From: a virus
Direction: 5' to 3' (one strand)
Length of the DNA: 64,000 bases
Virus record (IMG/VR): IMGVR_UViG_3300045988_108212
Coordinates: 93,286 to 157,285 of that record
Part shown: piece by piece, positions 41,615-48,949 of the stretch
Numbering within the stretch: the first letter of the stretch is position 1
Layout: the number at the start of each line of letters is the position of its first letter
The notes under the pieces: generated by a model
Database searches by the model: none
The model's input: only the letters and a program-made list of their open reading frames with translations
Told to the model about the DNA's origin: nothing
Position numbers and translations under genes: made by a program

Positions 41615-44431
41615 ATGGCATTAGATAAACAAATTCATGTACATTCTGTGGATACAGGGCATTTTTACACAGAAAAAGAAAAGGCTTTACATAAGCAAAA
41701 TATGTACATTCGACAGGAACGTGCAGCAATACATAATCAATTAAAGGATTTAGAAAAACAAGCAAAAAGGCAAGGGTTTTCTGATCAGCAGATTAAAAAT
41801 ATCGAAGCAATTCATATGCGTAGACAAGATATTATTGACACCATATATGATAAAAACTTTAAAGAGCTAAGACAGTCTGATGATATACTTGATCAGATCC
41901 AATATTGGTCAACGCTTAAAAGTTATAAAACTTTCCCTGCGAAAGATGTCAAAGAAAAACTACTGCTAAGGCTCAAGCGGGCGGTTGATACAAATGTAAA
42001 TCTTGCAAAGCATGAGCATGAAGATCGAGTAAAAATTCGATGTTTTTATGAAAAAGATTTGAATGATACAAATACTGTATCTCTGTTTGAGTCATTCTTA
42101 AGCAGGACAATTCAAGCAGAAACCGATATGTTATGCGAAGATTTAGTTATTGTCCAAGTATATTACTTCGATATTTTCAAAGATCTTTGTTTTCATGGTA
42201 TGAACTACTGCGATAAAGATGGCGTAATTACAAAATATAGATACTTCACCTCTTCTGCTGGTCAGATTCGTACAAAAAAAGCTGTATTCATCAAGGAAGA
42301 AACATGGCAGAAATATGAGAAAACATTAATGTGTGGACTCACAATCGACAAAATTAATGATGAAAAACATCAAGGGAACAATGTTAACAAACACTTAGCC
42401 TACCTTGCATTGACTAATTCAGCGACTGATTTATGGGCAGATTTTGACATTGACAAATCAATCGTTGTAGATGATATGGAGACTATGGTTTCAGGACTTT
42501 TTGATTCTATTGATGATAAGACGTATGAAATTAAGAGGGTTTCTTCTTCTGTTCCAATTCCTCACATGGACGGATGCGGAATCGCAGACCCAAGTGTATT
42601 AAATGCAAATGCAATGGTGCGTATCCCTTGGATCAAAGGACTTCTTGGGAAATTTGCATTTATTGAGCTGATCAAAGAAAAAGGTTGGTCGCCAATTATT
42701 ACAGATATTTACGGCAAAGAACATAATGTTATTGAAGAAGATATTAAAATCATTTTCACAAAAAGTCAGTTTAAGATGTGGAAATATTATGATTCATGGG
42801 AAGAATATAAACAATATTATCACGAATTTGGATGTACCGCAGGTTTGTGTAATGTTGAGGAAGAATACATAAAAAATGCTTCTATAAATTATCAGATGTT
42901 GCAGACGCTCACTGATATTACAGATACAGAAATTGAAACATTGAGTAAAAGATCAGTTAAAAAAATCTCTACACTTTGTGATTCTGTACAACATATGCAG
43001 AGAACTTTGGGAATCAATCCATATAATACTCACATGACACCTTTTCAGGAAGCTGTAAAAATCTATCCAAATTTATTAAATGATACATATGCGAAAGACA
43101 CTATCAGAGAAATTAAGAATAGTATGCTGAAGAAATATCGCAGTGGAAAACTAGATGTTTATGGAAAATATACTTTCTTAATTCCAGATTTATATGCAGT
43201 TTGTGAATACTACTTTGGGCATATTGAAAATCCTAAAGGATTGCTTGATGATCATGAAGTGTACTGCAAGATGTTTCCTAAAAATGATAAGCTTGATTGT
43301 CTGAGAAGCCCTCATTTATATAAGGAACATGCAGTAAGATTTAACATTGCTTACGATGCATACGGAGAAAGAAAAGCCGAAATTTCAAAATGGTTTACTA
43401 CAAATGCGTTGTATACGAGCGTGCATGATTTAATCTCACGAATTTTACAATTTGACAATGATGGAGACAAGGCATTGGTGGTCGCAGATAAAAATTTCGT
43501 TGATATTGCAGAAAGAAATATGAATAATGTTGTACCTTTGTATTATGAAATGAAAAAAGCAAAATCTGTTTTGATTACTCCAGAAAATATTTATAATGGA
43601 TTGATTCATGCGTTTACTGGAGGTAATATCGGACCTTATAGCAATAACATTACAAAGATTTGGAACAGTGATATTTTTGTTAATGGGTCTGAGGAAGATA
43701 AACAAGAAGCCATCGACACCGTAAAACTTTTGTGTATGGAAAATAATTTCGTTATTGATTATGCAAAAACTTTATACAAGCCTGTTCGTCCTGAAAAGGT
43801 TGCTAAACAAATTGCAAAATTTACACAGAAGAAACTTCCTCACTTTTTTGTGTATGCAAAAGACAAGATGGAATCTCAGGTAGAAGAACGAAATCAGAGT
43901 TTTGTTAATAAGTTGTATGACATTGTTCCGAATGTGCAGATTAATACACGGAAACTTAAGATTGATGAAATTGAATACGATAAAATGATGTTCGATGTTA
44001 ATACAAAAGTTGATAAAAATGTCATAGAAATCTATGATCGACTGAATAAACAGTACAGATATAAATTCAATATTGTTGATGAACGTGTGGCAAACGATTC
44101 ATTTGTAAAGCAGACGATTTTAAAAGAATTTGAAAAGACTGGATACTCTGCAATTGAAATCACAGACATGTTGGTTAAACATCTGTACTCTAAAAACAAA
44201 CGATACAAACAATTGTTGTGGTTTGTGTATGGAGAATACATTGTTGAAAATTTAAAACATCATGTTGTAATCAAACCAACAAAAAAAGTACAATGCGTTG
44301 ATTGTGGAGAACTATTTGAAGTGTACGTTCGTAATGCCAAAAAGGTACGATGTGATTCTTGTCAGAAAGTTTTTAGAAAACAATTTCAGAAGGAATTAAT
44401 GAAGAAAAGACGTCAAAATACAGAATGTTAG
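41615..44431 (+). CDS. YonO/QDE-1-like single-subunit (two-barrel) RNA polymerase candidate with C-terminal zinc ribbon
   Basis: About 940 aa. CLRSPHLYKEH (43301-) is followed ~47 aa later by QFDNDGDKALVVAD (DNDGD = 43454-43468). This matches the R-x-P..H ... DxDGD spacing of YonO and the eukaryotic-type RdRP family. The C-terminus carries CVDCG..CDSCQ. Confidence 0.55.
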   Translation: MALDKQIHVHSVDTGHFYTEKEKALHKQNMYIRQERAAIHNQLKDLEKQAKRQGFSDQQIKNIEAIHMRRQDIIDTIYDKNFKELRQSDDILDQIQYWSTLKSYKTFPAKDVKEKLLLRLKRAVDTNVNLAKHEHEDRVKIRCFYEKDLNDTNTVSLFESFLSRTIQAETDMLCEDLVIVQVYYFDIFKDLCFHGMNYCDKDGVITKYRYFTSSAGQIRTKKAVFIKEETWQKYEKTLMCGLTIDKINDEKHQGNNVNKHLAYLALTNSATDLWADFDIDKSIVVDDMETMVSGLFDSIDDKTYEIKRVSSSVPIPHMDGCGIADPSVLNANAMVRIPWIKGLLGKFAFIELIKEKGWSPIITDIYGKEHNVIEEDIKIIFTKSQFKMWKYYDSWEEYKQYYHEFGCTAGLCNVEEEYIKNASINYQMLQTLTDITDTEIETLSKRSVKKISTLCDSVQHMQRTLGINPYNTHMTPFQEAVKIYPNLLNDTYAKDTIREIKNSMLKKYRSGKLDVYGKYTFLIPDLYAVCEYYFGHIENPKGLLDDHEVYCKMFPKNDKLDCLRSPHLYKEHAVRFNIAYDAYGERKAEISKWFTTNALYTSVHDLISRILQFDNDGDKALVVADKNFVDIAERNMNNVVPLYYEMKKAKSVLITPENIYNGLIHAFTGGNIGPYSNNITKIWNSDIFVNGSEEDKQEAIDTVKLLCMENNFVIDYAKTLYKPVRPEKVAKQIAKFTQKKLPHFFVYAKDKMESQVEERNQSFVNKLYDIVPNVQINTRKLKIDEIEYDKMMFDVNTKVDKNVIEIYDRLNKQYRYKFNIVDERVANDSFVKQTILKEFEKTGYSAIEITDMLVKHLYSKNKRYKQLLWFVYGEYIVENLKHHVVIKPTKKVQCVDCGELFEVYVRNAKKVRCDSCQKVFRKQFQKELMKKRRQNTEC

Positions 44432-44452
44432 CTTTTGATATTAGGTTAAAAA

Positions 44453-44513
44453 CAACCGTTTTTTTCGGCTAAATATTTTTAAAAAAATGACAAACATCCG
44501 AAAAAAACGGTTG
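44453..44513. repeat. perfect 16-bp inverted repeat CAACCGTTTTTTTCGG / CCGAAAAAAACGGTTG with 29-nt loop
   Basis: The arms lie at 44453-44468 and 44498-44513, just downstream of the RNAP-like gene. Confidence 0.85.
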
Positions 44514-44588
44514 GTGAAATGTGTGTATATGGAGAAGCATATATTATTCTTCATATGCACATCAATTTTTAAAATTTTAAGAAAGTAG

Positions 44589-44891
44589 ATGATGATAATA
44601 ACTAAACTTGATTTTTATAAAATGATTGCAAAAAGGGAAAATATTTCTCAGGAAATAATTAAAAAGATTTTTCGTTCTGCCGAAGATATTTTGTTCGATG
44701 AATTATCTTCCGTAAATGACTGTGAAATTAAAAAAATTCATATTATGGACGGACTAAGCGTAGAGTCTAAAATTGTGAATAAAAAAGAACGGAATCTGCC
44801 AAATGGAATTAAAGTCCAAAGTGAACCAACAGTTAAAATCACTCCGAAAATAACTCGCTGGTATAAAGATAAGATTAATCAGAACAGATAA
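44589..44891 (+). CDS. divergent HU/IHF-like DNA-binding protein
   Basis: An N-terminal helical part (KLDFYKMIAKRENISQEIIKKIFRSAEDILFDEL) is followed by a beta-arm-like stretch KERNLPNGIKVQSEPTVKITPKITRWYKDKI. Confidence 0.5.
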   Translation: MMIITKLDFYKMIAKRENISQEIIKKIFRSAEDILFDELSSVNDCEIKKIHIMDGLSVESKIVNKKERNLPNGIKVQSEPTVKITPKITRWYKDKINQNR

Positions 44892-45081
44892 ACTCTCAAA
44901 GTACCAATTTGCACTTTGTGTAAATGCTCACGCTGTTTGCAGCTAAAGAAATTTCACACCGTGAGTTCCGAGGTCTATGTCATCAAAAACAAAAAATCAG
45001 AGATGGTATCCGAGACTTGCAACTGTTCTATTAATATAGTAGACCTCCAGAGGAAACTGAAAAGCAACCAAAGGAGAAATC

Positions 45082-45471
45082 ATGAAAAAGAAAATTTCAA
45101 TTATTACATTAGTTATGGCAATGCTACTAGCGGTTGGAGGATTCACTACTTCTACTGCTGTCTCTGCGAAAAATAAGAAAGTCAAATGTTTGGGAACATA
45201 TAAGATTACTGCATACTGCGGTTGTCGGTCGTGTTCTGGCGGTTGGGGAAACCGAACTGCTTCAGGTCGCAGAGCAAAACAAGGCAGAACCATATCAGTT
45301 GATAGGAGAAAAATTAAATTAGGTACTAAAGTTAGAATCAACGGACACTGGTATATCGCTCAGGACGTTGGTGGCGGAGTAAGAGGAAAACATATTGATA
45401 TGTACTTCTCTTCTCACTCACAGGTCAAGAGATTCGGCAAAAAGTATCGTAAAGTATATGTGATAAAGTAA
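45082..45471 (+). CDS. secreted 3D-domain (MltA/RlpA-like barrel) cell-wall protein
   Basis: Signal peptide MKKKISIITLVMAMLLAVGGFTTSTAVSA. YKITAYCGCRSCSGGWGNRTASGRRAKQGRTISVD..IAQDVGGGVRGKHIDMYF carries the three-Asp pattern. Confidence 0.8.
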   Translation: MKKKISIITLVMAMLLAVGGFTTSTAVSAKNKKVKCLGTYKITAYCGCRSCSGGWGNRTASGRRAKQGRTISVDRRKIKLGTKVRINGHWYIAQDVGGGVRGKHIDMYFSSHSQVKRFGKKYRKVYVIK

Positions 45472-45818
45472 CAAAAAGCTAATTTTATCACACGTAAGAA
45501 ATATCGCCTATAGGGCATCAATGAAGATATTTTGGTGAGTATGGGACGCCATACAAAACACAGAGGTATAAAGCTCGTATGTTTGGAGCTTGCGTATAGA
45601 CATTTACCATAGAATTTACAGGAGTAATATAACTCTGATTTCAAATGTGTTGGACGCCTTTTAGTGCATACGCAAATTATTTGTCGGTAACTCATGTACA
45701 CATCAAGTAGTGTACACCGACTAATGGATATTTTCTCGGATAAATACCGAGCCTCCATTTATTATTCTGGCAGGTGGCGAAATGTCATCTGTACATTATA
45801 TTAAAGGAGAAAATAATT

Positions 45819-46523
45819 ATGAATACAACAGCAATTACAACATTCAATAACGAAGAATTTGGTAATGTGAGAACTCTTACAATTGATGGAGATCTTTGGT
45901 TTGTTGGCAAGGATATTACAGAATGTCTTGGATATTCTAAGGCACGAAATGCTATTTCTTCCCATGTTGATAACGAAGATAAAAAGGACGCCCCAATTCA
46001 GGGCACCCTTGGCGGAGCACAGACGATGAAGGTTGTTAACGAATCTGGCGTTTACTCTCTTATTTTTGGAAGTAAACTGGAATCCGCTAAAAAGTTCAAG
46101 AAATGGGTTACATCTGAAGTTTTACCGTCTCTTCGCAAGACTGGTACATATACAATAGTGGCGACTCAACCGAATACAACTTCTTCTATTATTGTTCAGC
46201 CAACAAGTGATATAGAGTTGCCAAAAGCAACAAATACTTGGTATCTAAAAAATAGAAAGCGTCTAAAAGAATTGTGTAATCTTATGAATATTGAGCGTAG
46301 AACTTTATATCATCTGATTCTGACAGAGATTGGAAATACGATTGACATTGAGCAATCAAAATCAATTTACACAAGAGATCACGGATTCCCACCAGAATTC
46401 ATCATGGATGTTGTTGGTTATTTCACTAAAATGCAAGAAATTGCTGATGAATATCTTGACAGATTATTAGAAAAATATGAGTCTTTGAATTCAGATAATG
46501 ATGAAGAAGATGAAAGTGTATAG
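45819..46523 (+). CDS. Bro-N domain antirepressor-like protein
   Basis: AAAGGAGAAAATAATT-ATG. FNNEEFGNVRTLTIDGDLWFVGKDITECLGYSKARNAISSHVD..ESGVYSLIFGSKLESAKKFKKWVTSEVLPSLRKTG is canonical Bro-N. Confidence 0.85.
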   Translation: MNTTAITTFNNEEFGNVRTLTIDGDLWFVGKDITECLGYSKARNAISSHVDNEDKKDAPIQGTLGGAQTMKVVNESGVYSLIFGSKLESAKKFKKWVTSEVLPSLRKTGTYTIVATQPNTTSSIIVQPTSDIELPKATNTWYLKNRKRLKELCNLMNIERRTLYHLILTEIGNTIDIEQSKSIYTRDHGFPPEFIMDVVGYFTKMQEIADEYLDRLLEKYESLNSDNDEEDESV

Positions 46524-46887
46524 TAATTTACCATATTATAAAACATTGCACCTTGCGTGCCCAACAAGAAATGAAGTGATCCGACTAAGATCGGTGGATT
46601 TAGGCTATTAGCTGATAAAAGAAAACACAAATCGTTGAAAGAGTGGTGCCGAAGTACAAGGTGGATCTCGTGTAGAAACTTGCGATACTCTAATCCAAGG
46701 TGTTTTGATCGCACAAAGAATGTGTGTCTTTTTATAGAGTGGTCTACAAAAATTACACAATTAAGTGTATGGCATATTCTGGAAATGTTATATTTCGCTT
46801 ATTGTATGGATAAGTATGCCAAAAGTGAGGAGGAATCACTCACTAAAATTTGTGTTAGTTTTGTTGAAATTAATACAGATACAGAAT

Positions 46888-46979
46888 GTACGGGTGGCAG
46901 AGCTGGTTTAATGCGCAGGATTGCTAATCCTGTATACGTACGAATATGCGTATCCTGGGGTCGTAGCCCAGTCCGTACG
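46888..46979 (+). tRNA. tRNA-Ser(GCU), type II
   Basis: Acceptor GTACGGG/TCCGTAC, a 3-bp D stem, and anticodon arm CAGGA-TTGCTAA-TCCTG. A 7-bp variable arm ATACGTA..TATGCGTAT is present. The T arm is CTGGG-GTCGTAG-CCCAG, with an atypical T loop. Confidence 0.7.
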
Positions 46980-46985
46980 CTAAAT

Positions 46986-47060
46986 CGCACCATCGTCTAA
47001 ATGGTTTTAGGACACATCCCTTTCACGGATGCAATACGAGTTCGACTCTCGTTGGTGTGA
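46986..47060 (+). tRNA. tRNA-Glu(UUC)
   Basis: Acceptor CGCACCA/TGGTGTG, D stem GTCT/GGAC, anticodon arm CATCC-CTTTCAC-GGATG and T arm ACGAG-TTCGACT-CTCGT. Confidence 0.75.
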
Positions 47061-47100
47061 TGTTTGTCCTACAATGTTCTTCGGACTTGTGGGCTAATAT

Positions 47101-47184
47101 CCCTGTTTATACTGCTAAGGAGACAGGCAAAACTGTAAATTTTGCGGCTTCGGTCACGAGTGGGTTCGATTCCCTCAACAGGGA
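47101..47184 (+). tRNA. tRNA-Tyr(GUA), type II
   Basis: Acceptor CCCTGTT/AACAGGG and anticodon arm CAAAA-CTGTAAA-TTTTG. The variable arm is GGC-TTCG-GTC and the T loop is TTCGATT. The D region is one nt longer than canonical. Confidence 0.6.
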
Positions 47185-47225
47185 TGATTAGGTTAGTAAC
47201 TATACGATAGATTAACCAAAAAATA

Positions 47226-47307
47226 TGCGAACACCCTGATGGTTGGTGGATATTGGAATGTATACCTCTTCTGATATTCTGATGGAGTTCATCACTTCAG
47301 TTCGCCC
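47226..47307 (+). pseudogene. degenerate tRNA-like element with 16-nt 'anticodon' loop
   Basis: A 6-bp acceptor GCGAAC/GTTCGC, a T-like arm TGGAG-TTCATCA-CTTCA and the stem GGAAT/ATTCT around GUAUACCUCUUCUGAU. The D arm is poor. Confidence 0.25.
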
Positions 47308-47398
47308 TAGAAAAGCAATACTTACACACTGTTGCTTTTTAGAAATATGTATTGTCTCGCCAGTGTGTACGTATGAGAGGCAAATACATATTCGTTAT

Positions 47399-47472
47399 TG
47401 ACATGTAGCTCAATTGGACAGAGCACAACGCTACGGACGTTGGTGTTGCAGGTTCGATTCCTGTCGTGTCAG
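47399..47472 (+). tRNA. tRNA-Arg(ACG)
   Basis: Acceptor TGACATG/CGTGTCA, D arm GCTC-AATTGGACA-GAGC, anticodon arm CAACG-CTACGGA-CGTTG and T arm GCAGG-TTCGATT-CCTGT. Confidence 0.85.
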
Positions 47473-47475
47473 TTT

Positions 47476-47559
47476 TCCTATATACCTCAGTTGGCAGAGG
47501 GTCATCACAGCAAGGATAACATTAGATGAAAGTCGCTGGTTCGAATCCAGCTGTAGGAA
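47476..47559 (+). tRNA. tRNA-like gene with canonical body but an 18-nt anticodon loop (identity undetermined)
   Basis: TCCTATA-TA-CCTC-AGTTGGCA-GAGG-G-TCATC-[ACAGCAAGGATAACATTA]-GATGA-AAGTC-GCTGG-TTCGAAT-CCAGC-TGTAGGA-A. Confidence 0.6.
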
Positions 47560-47565
47560 TTATAT

Positions 47566-47638
47566 TCTCGTATAGCTCAACTGGTAGAGCGGATGGCTGT
47601 TAACCATCATGTCGGAGGTTCAAATCCTTCTACGAGAG
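47566..47638 (+). tRNA. tRNA-Asn(GUU)
   Basis: Acceptor TCTCGTA/TACGAGA, D arm GCTC-AACTGGTA-GAGC, anticodon arm GATGG-CTGTTAA-CCATC and T arm GGAGG-TTCAAAT-CCTTC. Confidence 0.9.
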
Positions 47639-48228
47639 TTTGTATTTTAAACATAAGCAACTCGGTTATAAAACTCAATGCCATGAGTCCGAGAGATATT
47701 CTAGGCACATATGTCGAATTGGAGAGATACATTGTACGGATACGTTCTTTGTGTCTCTTTTTATGTCGGAGTGATCTGATATGGACAAGAGAGAAACTCT
47801 CAAGCAAATGGATATTGTGCAGCATTTTGGTCTGGTTAACGCACAGAACTTTTCGCTACAATAATAGACGCTCCTGTGGAGAATAATCCACTTCAATGCG
47901 TACTCTGGCAGGTACGTAAAAGGTGGAAAAGCCAAATAATGTAGTTTGATGTGAATCTGTTCAAAAGACAGTGTATAAGAAAAGTCGCTGGTATGTCGCT
48001 CAAGTCAGTTAAGGGTAAGTTCAAATTTATAAAAACATTCTAAAACTTAATTCTGAACGGTGGGTTGACATTGCATGTATTGATCATGTCATAGAACTGG
48101 TTTTTTAGACTTAGGTAAGAAGTTAGAGGTCGCTCCTCGAAGCTCAGACTTATCTACTATGTTGCAGAATAAACTGTTCCACAAATGACTGTAAGGTGAA
48201 GACCTGCTTTAAAATTAAAATACATTTA
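47639..48228 (+). ncRNA. candidate large structured non-coding RNA embedded in the tRNA array
   Basis: This 590-nt tRNA-to-tRNA gap has no credible ORF. GC is about 40-43% in sampled lines versus about 30% in flanking genes. It has many nested helices, such as CTCGG..CCGAG (47661/47689), AGAGATAC..GTGTCTCT (47723/47751), GTGGA-gaataa-TCCAC and GCGTAC-N8-GTACG (47875-47920). Confidence 0.4.
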
Positions 48229-48300
48229 AGGGGTATCGCCAAGTGGTAAGGCACAGCACTTTGACTGCTGTATTCACTGGTTCAAATCCAGTTATCCCTG
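48229..48300 (+). tRNA. tRNA-Gln(UUG)
   Basis: Acceptor AGGGGTA/TATCCCT, anticodon arm CAGCA-CTTTGAC-TGCTG and T arm ACTGG-TTCAAAT-CCAGT. Confidence 0.85.
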
Positions 48301-48301
48301 T

Positions 48302-48376
48302 CGCAGAATGGAGAAGTTTGGTTATCTCGTCAGGTTCATGCCCTGAAGATCGGTGGTTCAAATCCACCTTCTGCTA
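48302..48376 (+). tRNA. tRNA-Met or Ile2 (CAU)
   Basis: D stem GAGA/TCTC, anticodon arm TCAGG-TTCATGC-CCTGA and T arm GGTGG-TTCAAAT-CCACC. The acceptor is GCAGAA/TTCTGC with a C1xU72 mismatch. Confidence 0.75.
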
Positions 48377-48408
48377 TTTTTCTAGGTTTCATTTTATTTT
48401 TCATATAG

Positions 48409-48440
48409 TATCCTTTATTGGTAGGGACATTTATGTCCTT
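48409..48440 (+). other. 13-bp hairpin between tRNAs (possible processing signal)
   Basis: TATTGGTAGGGAC-ATTTAT-GTCCTTACCAATA, with no T-run. Confidence 0.6.
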
Positions 48441-48447
48441 ACCAATA

Positions 48448-48523
48448 TTGCACAGTGGAAAAGTTGGTAAATTCGCTCGTTCCATTTGGTTCTGGAGACG
48501 TAGGTTCAAATCCTACCTGTGCA
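48448..48523 (+). tRNA. tRNA-like gene with irregular anticodon arm (best fold gives 8-nt loop UUUGGUUC; UGG?)
   Basis: Perfect acceptor TGCACAG/CTGTGCA and T arm GTAGG-TTCAAAT-CCTAC, with a normal 76-nt length. The only 5-bp anticodon stem (TTCCA/TGGAG) encloses 8 nt and leaves an abnormal junction. Confidence 0.5.
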
Positions 48524-48622
48524 ATCAAAGAGCTGTTTGATTGGCAGTTCTTTTTCAACAAAGATTTTTTCTCATTGTTAGCATATAGTGGATGGATATT
48601 AATTCATCTACTACTCCTTTCT

Positions 48623-48692
48623 GGCTTGGTAGTTCATTGGTAGAACGCAATACTTTTAATATTGTGAAGCGGTTCAAATCCGTTCCAAGCCC
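48623..48692 (+). tRNA. tRNA-Lys(UUU)
   Basis: Acceptor GGCTTGG/CCAAGCC, D arm GTTC-ATTGGTA-GAAC, anticodon arm CAATA-CTTTTAA-TATTG and T arm AGCGG-TTCAAAT-CCGTT. The variable loop is short. Confidence 0.8.
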
Positions 48693-48769
48693 TTTTCTAT
48701 CCAGTATATATGTACGACGACTGCTATATGCAGCGTCAAGCATCACGCATCACTGGAAATATTTTAAGA

Positions 48770-48940
48770 ATGGAGGGATCTTCTATAATTAAGATCACCA
48801 AAAATGAAGCTTTCTATCTTCGCTCAAAAGGATTCAAGGACAAATCTGATATTCATCAGACGTATTCTGGACATCCTACTTACTATGCAAGTGAGAAAAG
48901 AAGAGTAATGAAAGCTCTAAAGAACTATAGAGAAAGATAG
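48770..48940 (+). CDS. hypothetical small basic protein
   Basis: MEGSSIIKITKNEAFYLRSKGF... The upstream part of the ORF-track frame overlaps tRNA-Lys flanks. Confidence 0.5.
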   Translation: MEGSSIIKITKNEAFYLRSKGFKDKSDIHQTYSGHPTYYASEKRRVMKALKNYRER

Positions 48941-48949
48941 GTGTTCTCT

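Noticed and set aside
44892-45081. A c-di-AMP (ydaO-type) riboswitch upstream of the secreted 3D-domain cell-wall gene, as seen for some cell-wall hydrolase genes.
   Set aside because: The 190-nt leader lacks the G-rich conserved cores (GGGGA/CCCA-type elements) and the pseudo-symmetric architecture I remember for that class. Only generic hairpins are present.
45414-45758. A 114-aa minus-strand ORF.
   Set aside because: It overlaps the 3' end of the well-supported 3D-domain gene. It is Cys/Tyr/Leu-rich and low-complexity, has no SD, and sits alone on the minus strand within the plus-strand arm.
46418-48792. ORFs on both strands spanning the tRNA array (46635-47000, 46799-46993, 47593-47886, 47607-47825, 47675-47935, 48243-48470, 48455-48643, 48555-48746, 48592-48792).
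   Set aside because: They translate tRNA genes (typical '...GSNP...' artefacts) or the structured spacer. They have no SD and they overlap one another.
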